Shown here piece by piece: positions 12,146-25,189 of a stretch of DNA of 64,000 nucleotides. Each line of letters starts with the position of its first letter. Position 1 is the stretch's first letter. A program made the translations under genes and the position numbers. This DNA comes from Eremomyces bilateralis CBS 781.70 (lineage: Eukaryota). The notes beneath the pieces were generated by a model, which was not told the origin of the DNA, made no database searches, and saw only the letters and a program-made list of their open reading frames with translations. Location of the stretch: the NCBI GenBank assembly GCA_010015585.1, contig ML975150.1. One strand, 5' to 3'.

Positions 12146-13415
12146 ATGTCTGCAGCATTGTATTACGACTCCGATTGTTCCTCGGCCCCCCTCGCCGGGA
12201 AAACCATTGTCTTCGTGGGATATGGAAACCAAGGCCGAGCACAAGCTCTGAATCTTGTATGACCCTCCTCCGAAGTGATATCAGATACGACCAGAAGTTC
12301 GACTAACGAGAAATGCAGCGTGACACAATCCAGAGTGAAAACATCTCTCCCGCCCCTCGGATCATTGTCGCGAATAACAAGGATTCATACGCTTCCAAGG
12401 CCGAAGAAGATGGGTTTGGGTTCCAGACCGACTGGGCAGCTACAGCGGCAGAAGCCGATATTCTCTTTCTGCTCGTCCCAGACCAGGTATGGATGGGGAG
12501 CTCGATGGCTACCCTCCTCACTCCTGCAGGCTAACCATGGAGCCCAACAGGTCCAACCCAAGCTATTCAACGAATCACTGGCTCCCACGCTCAAGAAGAC
12601 CGCCTGCGTCGTCGTCGCTAGCGGCTACAACGTATTCTACCAGTTCCTCCATGTCCCCACCTCCAACGATATCGTCATGGTCGCGCCGCGGATGATCGGG
12701 ACGTCCGTCCGCAGTCGGTACGAGAGCAACCAAGGCTTCCCGTGCTTCGTGTCTGTGGAGCAGGACGGGACGGGGCATGCGAAGGAGGTGGCGTTGGCGG
12801 TGTGCAAAGGGGTGGGCGCGACGAAGGGAGGGGTCATTGAGAGCTCGGCGAAGGAGGAGACGCTGATGGACTTGTTTGCCGAGCAGGCGATCTGGCCGCA
12901 GGTGATTGCGACGTTCCGGGAGGCGTATGGTACCTTGAAGAAACTGGGGTGTTCGGATGAAGCGCTGGTGCATGAGTTGTGGTTGAGCAAGGAACCGGTG
13001 GGTCGACGACTCGACATCGATCCCGCAGCAACATCATAGCTGACTGAAATGTGGCTAGGCAGAGGTCTTCGAGAAATGCGCGGACGACGGATTCATTAGT
13101 CAATTGCGGTACCACAGCTCTGTCAGGTAAGTCACACATCATAGATACTAAGCTTGGGCTGCAATGCTAAGGCGAGACAGCCAGTACGGTCAGTTGAAGG
13201 GGAGCATGGAAGTGGACACGGGCGCCCTGAAGAAGGAATACCAGCGAGTCGCGGAGCAGCGAATCCTCAACGGGGCGTTCGCGAAGGAGTTTATGGCCCT
13301 TGACACCGAAGGCCCAGGCGTTGATAAGAAACTGGATGAGCTGTACGATGAGGTGAATCACAGCGAATTGGCGGAGGGTGAAGCGAGGGTACGGGCAAGG
13401 TTGGGATTGAATTGA
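12146..13415 (+). CDS. Ketol-acid reductoisomerase-like protein (short prokaryote-type IlvC homologue, no mitochondrial presequence)
   Basis: Exon 1 (not in the ORF track) reads [39 protein letters not shown]. Also [14 protein letters not shown] and [11 protein letters not shown]. Introns 12257..12318, 12487..12550, 12998..13058 and 13127..13180 all keep frame. Confidence 0.88.
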
Positions 13416-13735
13416 GCTGCATCGTTGACACTATATTTATAAACCCTAGTGATCCGCTGGCGCAAATTCATGGAGACAAGCTGTCGTGATTCGTAAATTA
13501 GTTGAGGAGTACATATCAAGGACATTCGAACGATTGACTCTATATGCAAGATGACCTGTGTGACCTTTGATCATGGAAGAAACCATCTGAACTGGATGGA
13601 GGCGACGTCCATTCAGTTGCAGACTTGCCGTTGGTGGAGTGGTCACGTGGGTTGAGATCACATGATGCAGAGATTTTTGTTTTGGATTTTGTCCATGTGC
13701 AGCTGGGTGGGAGGTGGTCTGTGCATGGAAAACAA

Positions 13736-13771
13736 GCACAGGCCACAGGGCCACAGGCCACAGAGCCACAG
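13736..13771. repeat. GCCACAG short tandem array in the RPL16 promoter
   Basis: GCCACAG at 13742, 13750, 13757 and 13765, plus GCACAG at 13736; about 200 nt upstream of the ATG. Confidence 0.6.
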
Positions 13772-13972
13772 ACAGTCAGACTCAACAGAGCATGACTGTA
13801 TGATGCCTGAGGCAGATAGGCGCCAAGGCATCCTGGCCACTGTGGAAAATAAAACACCCGGCACACACATTTATCCGATTCCGAAGCGAGCATCCTCTAC
13901 CCTTCACACTTCTTCCATGAATTTGACGACTCACGACGACGGACAACTCCATACCCACACTAACAGCCCAAC

Positions 13973-14898
13973 ATGTCGTCGTTCGAACAAGTGGTGCGTA
14001 CAATTGCAATCGGATACGAAGAAACACGAGATCGAATTCGCTGACGCCGAAATTAGGTGGTAATCGACGGCAAAGGTCACTTGCTGGGCCGCCTGGCCAG
14101 CATCGTGGCCAAGCAGCTCCTCAACGGACAGAAGATCGTGGTGGTCCGATGCGAGGCATTGAACATGTCCGGAGAGTTCTTCAGGGCCAAACGTACGTGC
14201 TGTCACCGGAGTGAATCGAGAAATCCAACCTCCAATTTGGCGAGATATTGGACCATTGTGCGAAGAACGTCGGGAAGCTGACTTGTTTTCTACAGTGAAG
14301 TACCAGGCTTTCCTCCGAAAACAGACACGATTCAACCCTACCCGCGGTGGTTAGTACTCCCGAGACGCTCGTCGTCGCATCTGCGATTCCTCTGTGCCTA
14401 ACAGCCTACCAGGTCCCTTCCATTTCCGCGCCCCGTCGAAGATCTTCTGGAGAACGGTTCGCGGCATGATCCCGCATAAGACCTCGCGAGGCGCCGCCGC
14501 CATGAACCGCCTGAAGTCCTTCGAGGGTGTCCCGCCGCCGTACGACAAGAAGAAGCGCATGGTCGTCCCACAGGCGCTGCGCGTGTTGAGATTGAAGCCT
14601 GGCCGCAAGTACTGCACCGTTGGTCGCTTGGGCCATGAGTTCGGCTGGAAGTACCAGGACGTCGTTGCCAGGTATGTCGAATCCATTTGGTGTCGTTCAT
14701 GGCTACACCACCGTCATGATCGATCGCTATCAAAATGCGAGACTAACACCATCCTACAGACTCGAGGAGAGGAGGAAGGTCAAGGGCGCAGCGTACTACG
14801 AGCGCAAGAAGGTGGCGCGGAGACAGTTGGCGGATGCGCAGAAGACGGCGAAGGTGGACACCAAGGTGACGACGGAGCTGGCTCAGCTCGGATACTAG
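13973..14898 (+). CDS. RPL16: 60S ribosomal protein L16 (uL13)
   Basis: [68 protein letters not shown]. Introns 13994..14056, 14193..14295, 14350..14412, 14672..14759. Confidence 0.97.
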
Positions 14899-15790
14899 AC
14901 TCTCCGCGACGAGTGGGTGACAGCGACGGCGGACCAGCATTTCCCCCGCGGTCCATTATCATCATGTCAATGTGGTCGGAGGGGATCGGCGTGAAAACAT
15001 GGCATTTGCAAATGGGAAACTCCTTAGTCTTTTATGCGAAAGCATTCCAATTGCGTATGGTAAACTCATATCAAAAATTCGACGGATGAGGGATGATGCC
15101 TCATGTTCAATATTTTCCTGATAGATAATGACTAGCAGTGGTGACTACGTCTTGTGACATCGTCTTGAGTTTCGGTTCGCTCCGTCTATGTGGTTTACTT
15201 AACGAGCCTCGCCGCAGTCGCAACCAGGAATTTCCACAACTGTTTATGTATCAATCCATCGATATTATCAACTGTATCTCAAAGGGTACAGAAATCCCTC
15301 CCCACAACAATATCGCGAACTTGTGGCAAGGGAGACATCGACAGCACCCACAATGGCTGAGTCCGACTTTAAGACGAAATTCGCCCGGGGGCTCGCACGG
15401 CAGTCAACCCACCTCAGCATTCTTCACTATTCCCGTCGTCCGGCCGAGACAACGGCTAGCACTGGGGTTCTCCATAAGGCCCTAACCCGCAATTCCTCGC
15501 CAGCCAACCCCAAAGTGGAGGAAGCGCGTTGACAATTGACCATGATCAGATGGCCCGAACCCCGAAGGTCCCGTAACTGCGGACTATGGTAGTAAGGAGG
15601 AGAGTGTGGACTCGGAGGTGCTGTCCGTTAGTCCCACTACGAGCAACGAAATAGCCGGAGCGACCTCACATTCCTCAACCGTATATAAGTATTATCATCC
15701 CTTGTCCTCAGCTTGGAGGATCTGAGGTTTTAATCTGCAGTGCTGCTCTCCCCCCGCAATCTATCTCATCCTTCCAAACCGCCCTCCACC

Positions 15791-17642
15791 ATGTCTGGTC
15801 CACTCTCCCGGCTCTCCAACATCGCATCACACCTGCCACCTACCCCCTCCCCGCGACCCCCTAACTTCCACACTCTCTCCCCAACTTCCTTCCTCCCCCG
15901 CGCCGCCGCCATCGAACCAGATGTAACTCTCCCTCTCCCCCTCTCATAAACCTCCACTGACCCATCTAGGCCATAGCCATCCACCACCGCACCGCCAACG
16001 GCGCCACCCTCCACCGCACCTACGCACAATTCTCCACCCGCGCCCGCGGCCTCGCCCACTTCCTCCGCGCTCATGCCCTCCGCCGCATCGGCATCCTCGC
16101 CCCCAACACCCCCGCCTTCCTCGAATCCCTCTTCGCCATCGCCGCTGCCTCCGCAGTCTCCGTCGGCGTCAACTACCGCCTGAAGCCCGAGGACATCACC
16201 TACATCTTTGAGCATTCTGGCGTGGATTGCATTATCGTCGATGCGGAGTTCGAGGGGTTGTTGGAGGGGTTTCGGGAGCGGTGGCCGCGCGTGCGGGTAA
16301 TTGTGGACACGGATACAGACGCGACGGAGGGGCCGGGCAGCGGGGAGTTCGATGCGTGCGTGCGCGAGGGACTGGAATATGACGCGGCGCACGGGAATAA
16401 GGGCTGGGACGGGTTATCCGCGCAGGCGGCGCACGAAGAGGACCTGATCGCGCTGGCGTACACCAGCGGCACGACAGCGAAGCCTAAGGGCGTGGAATAC
16501 ACGCACCGCGGCTGCTACCTCGCTGCCGTCGCCAACGTCATCGAGAGCGGGCTGAACTACCACCAGGACCGGTGTCGCTACCTCTGGACGCTCCCGCTGT
16601 TCCACGCCACCGGCTGGACCTTCCCCTGGGCCATCACCGCGGTGCGCGGCACGCACTACTGCCTCCGGAAGATCGACTACCCCGCGATCTGGGAGTTATT
16701 GAAGACCGAGGGGATCACGCACTTCAACGCCGCGCCGACGGTGAACACGCTGCTATGCGCCAACCCCGCAGCCGCGCGCCTGGAGCAGCCGTGCCGGGTG
16801 ACGGTGGCGGCGTCCCCTCCCACGGCGCACCTGTTCCGCACGATGACGGCGCTGAACCTGCAGCCGGTGCACGTGTACGGGCTGACGGAGACGTACGGCC
16901 CGATCACGAAGGGGTACCATATGCCGGTGTGGGAGGTGGTGGGGGAGGAAGAGCGGTATAAGCGGATGGCGCGACAGGGGCATGGGTTTGTGACGAGCGC
17001 GCCGGTGCGGGTGGTGAGGACGGGAGAGGAGGGGTGGGTGGAGGGGAGCAAGGTGGTGGATGTGAGGAGGGATGGGAAGGAGATTGGGGAGATTGTGTTT
17101 ACAGGGAATATTTGTGCGAGAGGTTACTATAAGGATGTGGAGGCGACAAGGAGGTTGTTTGAGGGGGGGGTGTTGCATTCGGGGGATTTGGCGGTGGTGC
17201 ATGAGGATGGGAGCATTCAGATTTTGGATCGGGCGAAGGATATCATCATCTCGGGTATGTCTATTTTCCTTTCTTCCCGACGTTTTCTGGTAACTGTTGC
17301 TAACCTCTGTCCCCTCCAGGCGGCGAAAACATCTCCTCCGTTGCCGTCGAAGCAATGCTCGCCACGCACCCCGACATCCTCGAAGCCGGCGTCGCCGCCG
17401 TCCCGGACGCGCAGTGGGGCGAGCGACCGAAGGCGTTCGTGACGATCAAGGACAACCGCACGGGGAAGATCACGGGCGAGGACATCGTGGCGTGGGCGAA
17501 GCACAAGAGCAGCATTAGCAAGTTCATGGTGCCGCGCGAGGTGCAGATCGTGGCGGAGCTGCCGAAGACGGAGACGGGGAAGGTGAGGAAGAATGTGTTG
17601 AGGGAGTGGGCGAAGGGGGGGAAGGGGTGGAGGGCGGGTTGA
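15791..17642 (+). CDS. Short/medium-chain acyl-CoA synthetase (AAE-like) with N-terminal PTS2
   Basis: YTSGTTAKPKGV, LWTLPLFHATGW, HVYGLTETYGP, HSGDL, DRAKDIIISGGENISS, LPKTETGKV. Introns 15923..15969 and 17255..17319. RLSNIASHL matches RL-x5-HL. Confidence 0.9.
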
Positions 17643-18910
17643 GGAGATATATCATGGTGGGTTGGAGGGAGAAGGGGGCGGATTCGGTCCAGTTCGAGCT
17701 TGGAGTTTGATTGAGCCTGGATTTTTCGAGATTTGGGTGTAAATATTGATGCATAACTAGTTAGCGATATACCAACAACCATTGATATCCCATGGTGTTG
17801 CAGCTTCAGATCCCGGTGCAGGTATCCAACCTGTCATGCAAACTTTTGGTAAGTTAGGACCATTAATTTATGAGGCTTTTCGTATTTCACCAGTCATTCC
17901 ATTGACGGCTCCCTTCCTCACTTAAAATCTGTTTGGAGGTGGAAGGCCTGACAAGCGAATCGCGGCACAGCCTTAATTATGTATCCCGGTTTCTTGTCTT
18001 TCTTTGGTCCTTTGAGTTGGGTCAGTTTACCTCAGCCGGTCTGCCCTATGGCAGGAAGAAACCACAAACTGCAGCGGAATGATCAGCCAGCCCGACGGTT
18101 GCAGAAGTGCCGATGCTGATGCAAATATCAGGAGCATTATGCAGTGGGAGCTTCATCCTACATGTCAGCGTCCCAGCTGCCCTCTGTCCCCTTTGTACTC
18201 TGTCGCGACTATTGGCGAGCGGTGCATGGTGATCGGCTTGACAGCTTCCCCTGTCCAAACCGTTGCTGTTGCATGTGTAGTACAGACATGGAAGCAGCTA
18301 GGCTGTAGGCATCATACCATCGCTATGGACATGAATCATGATAGTGAATAGGGGTCCTGTTGGCAGTTTGTCAGGAGCATCAAGAAAGCACACTATATAT
18401 GATGGATGGATAGAAACGATGATGATAATGAAATGATGTTTCCTTTAGTTCGCGTTCACGATTGATCCCGATCCACAGCTCCCACCAGAAAAAAAGAAAA
18501 AAACAACGCGAGAGAGACGCAATGACGGATAGACAGGGGGAAGCCACGCTCTAGACCTGAAGCAGACTAGCGTATCACCCCCCTCCCGTTTCGCGTATAA
18601 GTAATAAGACCGGGAGCTGCGCGTTTTGCGACGACCGAAGCTCCCGAATGAAAAAGTTGGTTCCATTCCAACTTCGAAGTCACGTGTCTTTTTCTAGCCT
18701 TCATCCACCACACGCCATTCGTCAAGTCACGTTATTGGTTTCAAGCGGCTGACCGTTGAAACGTGACAATTTCATACTTGATCGTTTTTCTTACATTCAA
18801 TCCTCTTGCATCACTGGTCAGAAGGACCCGAAGTGAGAATATGAATCGATTCGCTCATTTCATCGTCTGTTGAGAAAGTGAGAAGTGAGTGAGAAGTGAG
18901 ACAGCACAGA

Positions 18911-21900
18911 ATGGCTTCCAGGTAAGCAAGCCCCTTTGCCCCGATTAGTCCGCCCATCAGTCCCCAATCAGCCCCCGAATAACGGCGGACATATGGCCCA
19001 CGTACCCCCCACCTGCCCCCCGGCTAGCGTGTGCGGTTGGGTGGTACCTGTGCGCCAGCTGCTGACCCAAACTCTCAACGGGTGTCATCCATCCGCCAAT
19101 CAGAACTGACGCTAACCTCGGAATAGGCTGGACCGCTTGGTCACGTGAGTAACCTTCGTTCTTGACTATAAATCAATGTCGGTCTGCAATGCATGAGATG
19201 GACCGAAAATGGAGGCATGAGAGATTGAATCTAACTAAATGGAACCTCTAGACTGCTGGAATCTGGAAGTACCCAGCTCATCCGTAATACCGCTGCCCAA
19301 CAGCTTGCCGATGTCCAGAAACAACATCCGGACGAGCTCTTCAACCTCCTCACCCGCATCATCCCCTACCTCCGCTCCAAGTCATGGGACACTCGTATTG
19401 CCGCCGCCAAAGCAATTGGCGGGATCGTTGATAACGCCGACAAGTTCGACCCGAACGAGGATGATCCTCCTGCCAAGAAGGAAGAGAACGGCGCGTCGAA
19501 CGGTCACGTCAAGAAAGAAGAGTCCCCTGAACGGAATGGCGCTCTTACGCCAAACGAGGACCAACTGGACCTCGATTCCCTGGATGTCATTGCCATCCTC
19601 CGGAAAGGCAAGCCGCTCTTGAGCAGTGCTGGTAAGGAGTATGACTATAAAATGGCAGCCATGGATCCGGCCGATCGACTTGCCCACCAGAAAAGAAGCC
19701 TCACTGCACGCCTCGGGCTTGGTGGCCAGTACATGGAAGAAGAGTTGGTCAGCGAGATTGACTTCAAACTTCCCACACCTAGACTCGATACCAACCTTTC
19801 CTCCATCTCCAACGTGAGCGTGAATTCCGCCACCGCTACCACGCCTGGGGATCCTCAAACCCCATCCGATGAAACAGGCCTCAGCAAACGCCAACTCAAC
19901 ATGCTCAAACGCAAGAACAAGCGCGACTTCAAAGCCCAGGGCAATAAAGTCCGCATCATCGACCTGAACGCCTCGGGTCCTCGTCGTGGCAGCGTCGCCG
20001 ACCCAACCCCCACGTCTACCCATCCCTTCCCAATCAAGACGGACTCCGACGCATCCGACGAGAAAACCGGTCACTCCGACTACTTCTCCCTTGACCGCGG
20101 CCAACAGCGCGATGACGATTCCAAACTCGTCAAGGAATTCAAAGGCGTCCCCACCGAAGAACACTCCGCACTGCAACCCATCGCCGACGAAACCACCGGC
20201 CTCGAATCCGAATGGCCATACGACCGTCTCTGCGAGCTTCTCACCGTCGATCTCTTCGACCCCAACTGGGAAGTCCGCCACGGCGCCGCCATGGGCCTCC
20301 GCGAAGTCGTCCGCGTGCAAGGGGGCGGCGCCGGCCGAAAACGATGTCACTCGCGGAAACAGAACGATCTCCTTAACAAGCGCTGGTTAGACGACCTGGC
20401 GTGTCGGCTCTGTGCCGTCTTCATGCTCGACCGCTTTGGGGATTACGTATCAGACAATGTCGTGGTGCCGGTCCGCGAGACGGCCGGCCAATGCCTTGGC
20501 GCCCTGCTGCAGTACCTCCCCGCCGACGAGGTCAAGAAGGTGTACCGCGTGCTCCGCCGCCTCGTGGTCGCGGAGGATGAACACGACGCCCGCGACGGGA
20601 AGGAGTCGGAGTGGTCCGAGCGCGCGTGGCAGCCGTGTCACGGGGGGATGCTTGGCATGCGATACCTGGTGGCGGTGCGTGCCGACCTCCTCTTCCAGGA
20701 ACCCGAGCTTCTCGACGGGGTGCTGTCGACCGTCATGAAAGGCCTAGGTGATGGCGACGACGACGTGCGCGCCGTCTCTGCCGCGACGCTCATTCCGGTC
20801 GCGAAGGAAATCGTGCAGCTGCGCGCCACCGCGCTGGATGAGCTGATTCAGATCGTGTGGGACTGCCTGTCGAATCTGAGCGATGACCTCAGCGCCAGTA
20901 CCGGATCGGTGATGGATCTGCTCGCAAAGCTTTGTAGCTTCCCGGAGGTGCTGGCGGCAATGCGGCAGAACGCGGCGCGGGACCCCACCCAGGCGTTCGC
21001 GCAGCTGGTGCCCCGGCTGTATCCGTTCCTACGGCATACAATCACGAGCGTACGATCGGCCGTGTTGAGAGCGTTGATGACGTTCCTAGAAGTCGACGAG
21101 GGCGGCGACGGCGAGGTGGGGAAAGGATGGATTAATGGAAAGGCACTCCGACTCGTGTTCCAGAACCTGCTGGTTGAGAAGAACGAGCCGGTGTTGCGGC
21201 TGAGCTTGCAGGTGTGGCGGAAGCTGTTGGATACAATTGTGGGAGATGAGGAGGGGAGAGCGTATTTCGCGGAGGAGTTCCGGTCGCACGTGGAGCCGTT
21301 GGTCACGTTGACGACCACCCCCGTCGGCGTGTCGAGACATCCCATCCCGATGAATCCGTCGTTGTTCCTTCGGCCATCGGGCCAGACGTATTCGTTGCCG
21401 GCCAATCTGGATGCTGGGCACAAGTACCCTCCTGGAATGCCCATGGAGCCGCCAAAGAAGCGAAGGCGATCCGACAAGAAAAGCATGGAAAGGGACACGT
21501 CGGTTTCCAGCTCGCACAATGTGGATGGACATATGATGTCTGGCGATGTCGACCTTGTGGGCGTCGATGTTCTCGTTCGCTCGAAGATCTATTCATCAAC
21601 CGCCATGGGCCTCGCTATGGCTCTGTGGCCGTCGTCATCGCGGGCGGATGTCTTTGTCCCCAACATTCTTCCGCGTCTGAATTCTCTGCACTCCTCGACC
21701 CAACTCACCGCAAGCATTCTCATCGAAGAATACTCCCGCGCTCTCACCACCGCTTCCACGTCATTTACCGAAGAGGATCCACTCCTCCCGACCCTCCACA
21801 CCCCTCTCCTCCACCTCGTCGATTCCGAACTCTCACCCCACTACGCCGACCTAACCTCCTACCTCCACATCGTCCGCGCCCAATGCCAGAACCTCACTAA

Positions 21901-24900
21901 CACCTTCCGCGACAACGCGCACGTCCCCCCCGCCAAGCTCGCCATCATTCCCCCCGTCGTCAAGGGCGACGAGAACGCCCACGCCCAATTCGCCTTCGGC
22001 ATCCATGACGCCGAGAAGATCGTCGGCCCGGACTTCGACCGCTTGAAAAAAGCTCTGACCCCCGCGCAGCGCGTCGGCGCGGCCAAGCTGCTCGACGACG
22101 CCCGTCAGGACGCGTTGAAGGCAATCGACGAAGCCAAAGCGGTCAAGGAGCAACGCGACGTACGCATCCGATCAGCGGCCGCCGCTGCCCTCGTGGCGGC
22201 GAGCTTGTTGCCGAAGCGGCCGTCGTTGACGATTAAAGCGCTGATGGACAGTGTCAAACGGGAGGAGAACGGCGAGCTGCAGCGACGGAGCGCGGGCGCG
22301 GTGGCGCGGCTGGTGCAGCAGGTCGGTGCGACGGGCAAGCGGGCGATCGTGGAGAAGGTGGTGGGCAACCTCGTCAAGTTCGCGTGCATGGAGACCGCGG
22401 AGACGCCCGAGTTCCTCCCGAACAAGGGTGTCGGCGCAGGAATTCTGAGCCTGCGGAAGGAAGAAGACATCCGCGACCATCCGGACGCCGCGCGGTTCGA
22501 GCGCGAGGCGAAGGCAGCAAAGATCACCCGTCGTGGCGCGAAGGAGGCCCTGGAGCAATTGGTCGTCATGTTCGGCGCGGATCTGTTCGACAAGCTCCCC
22601 GTGCTGCGGTCGCTGATCGAAGACCCGGTGCGTCGCGCGTTTGGCGAGGTGGAGCTGCCAGGGGAGATATTCAGCGATGACAGCACGTTCGGGCAGGAGG
22701 TCGTCGACGGCCTCTCGACGCTGCGTGCGCTCGTCCCGAAATTCGACGCCGCGAACCTCGCGTTCGTGAAGGCGCTGTTCCCGCTCCTGTCGCGCGCGCT
22801 GCAATGCAACCTCGCGGTGCTGCGGTACGCGGCGGCGAAGTGCTTCGCGACGATCTGCAGCGTGATGACGGTGGACGGGATCACGACGCTGGTGGAGGAG
22901 GTGTTGCCGTGCTTGAACAACGCGTTGGACGTGCATTGTCGGCAGGGGGCGATTGAGTGTGTGTACCATCTGATCCACGTCATGGAGGACGGGATCCTGC
23001 CGTACGTGATCTTCCTGATCGTGCCGGTGCTGGGCCGCATGAGCGATTCGGACAACGACGTGCGGCTGATCGCGACGACGACGTTCGCGCACCTCGTCAA
23101 ACTCGTGCCGCTGGAGGCCGGCATTCCCGATCCGCCCGGACTGAGTGAGGAGTTGCTGAAGGGCCGGGAGCGCGAGCGGAAGTTCATGGCGCAGATGCTG
23201 GATGCAAAGAAGGTGGAGCCTTTCGAGATCCCCGTCGCCATCAAGGCGGAGCTGCGCAGCTATCAGCAGGAGGGCGTCAATTGGCTGGCGTTTTTGAACC
23301 GATATCATCTGCACGGCATCCTGTGCGACGACATGGGCCTAGGGAAGACGCTGCAGACGCTGTGCATCGTCGCGAGCGATCATCATCTGCGCGCGCAGGA
23401 GTTCGAGAAGACAGGGAGCTCGGACGTGCGCCGGTTGCCGAGCTTGATCGTCTGTCCGCCGACGTTGTCAGGGCATTGGCAGCAGGAGATCCGGACTTAC
23501 GCGCCGTTCTTGACGAGCGTGGCGTATGTGGGGCCGCCGGCGGAGCGGGCAAAGGTGCGCGCCCAGCTGAAGGGCGTGGACATCGTGATCACATCCTACG
23601 ACATCTGCCGGAACGACAGCGAGATCCTGGCGCCGATGAACTGGAACTATTGCGTGCTGGACGAAGGGCATTTGATCAAGAACCCGCGCGCGAAGACGAC
23701 GTTGGCGGTGAAGAGCCTGCTAAGCAACCATAGGCTCATCCTCTCCGGCACGCCGATCCAGAACAACGTGCTGGAACTGTGGTCGCTCTTCGACTTCCTC
23801 ATGCCAGGGTTCCTCGGCACCGAGAAGGTGTTCCAGGATCGCTTCGCCAAGCCCATCGCGGCGTCCCGGTTCGCCAAATCCTCCTCGAAAGAACAAGAAG
23901 CCGGCGCGCTCGCCATCGAGGCGCTCCACAAGCAAGTCCTCCCGTTCCTCCTCCGGCGCCTCAAAGAAGAAGTCCTCAACGACCTTCCCCCCAAGATCCT
24001 CCAAAACTACTACTGCGACCTCTCCGACCTGCAGCGGAAGCTCTTCGAGGACTTCTCCAAGAAGGAGAGCCGTGCCCTCACCGAGAGCGCCGGCCGCGCC
24101 GACAAGGACGCCAAGCAACACATCTTCCAGGCCCTCCAGTACATGCGCAAGCTCTGCAACTCCCCGGCCTTCGTCATGACCGAGAAGCACAAGGCCTACG
24201 CCGCCACCCAAGGCTACCTCGCCAAGCACGGCACCTCCCTCCGCGACCCCGTGCACGCCCCCAAGCTCACTGCACTGCGTGACCTCCTCGTCGACTGCGG
24301 CATCGGCGCGTCCGACGCCGCCCCCAATGGCGCCAACCACGCCGCTAACGGCGCGAACGGCGACCTGCTCATCAGCGGCGGCGACGCCGTCTCGCAGCAC
24401 CGCGCCTTGATCTTCTGCCAGATGAAAGAAATGCTCGACATGGTGCAGAACGAGGTGCTCGCAAAGCTTCTCCCCTCCGTCACCTACATGCGGCTGGACG
24501 GTAGCGTGGAGTCGTCGCGCCGCCAGGACATCGTGAACAAGTTCAACGGCGACCCCAGCTACGACGTGCTGCTGCTGACGACGGCGGTGGGCGGGCTGGG
24601 GCTGAACCTGACGGGTGCCGATACGGTCATCTTCGTGGAGCACGATTGGAACCCGCAGAAGGATCTGCAGGCAATGGATCGGGCGCATCGGATTGGGCAG
24701 AAGAAGGTGGTGAATGTGTATCGGATCGTGACGCGGGGAACGTTGGAGGAGAAGATTTTGAAGTATGTTTTTTCTTCCTTTCCTGATTTCCCCTTCAATT
24801 CCCCTCTTCTCTTATTTTCGCTTTCTTTTCGTATCAAAGATCCGTCCGACTAACATATATCCCAAAGCCTCCAACGCTTCAAAATCGACGTCGCCTCCAC

Positions 24901-25189
24901 CGTTGTCAACCAACAAAACGCCGGCCTCGCCACCATGGAAACCGACCAGATCCTCGACCTCTTCAACGTCTCCTCTAGCTCCGGCGATGCGGCGCCGGCG
25001 CTCCCGGGGCCCGAAAACGGCGACAACGGACCCCCCGGAATCACGGAGGAAGACGCAGTTGACGCGACGGGCGAGGTGCGGAAGGATGGGAAGCGCGGGT
25101 ACCTGGACGAGTTGGGAGATCTGTGGGACGAGCGACAGTATGAGGAGGAGTACGATATCAATTCGTTCTTGGCGAGTATGAAGGGCTGA
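18911..25189 (+). CDS. MOT1: TBP-associated SNF2-family ATPase Mot1/BTAF1
   Basis: N-terminus MASR|LDRLVT|LLESGST; HEAT-repeat region; GILCDDMGLGKT, LDEGH, LSGTPIQN, QAMDRAHRIGQ. Introns 18922..19126, 19145..19251, 24763..24867. Confidence 0.97.

Noticed and set aside
14193..14295. RPL16 intron 2 as a snoRNA host
   Set aside because: No C box (RUGAUGA) with a terminal stem and no H/ACA layout is visible.
22105..24688. Long minus-strand ORFs (379, 380 and 322 aa)
   Set aside because: Antisense shadows of the GC-rich MOT1 coding sequence; the same applies to shadow ORFs over CLU1, NUP82, the F-box-like gene and the kinase.
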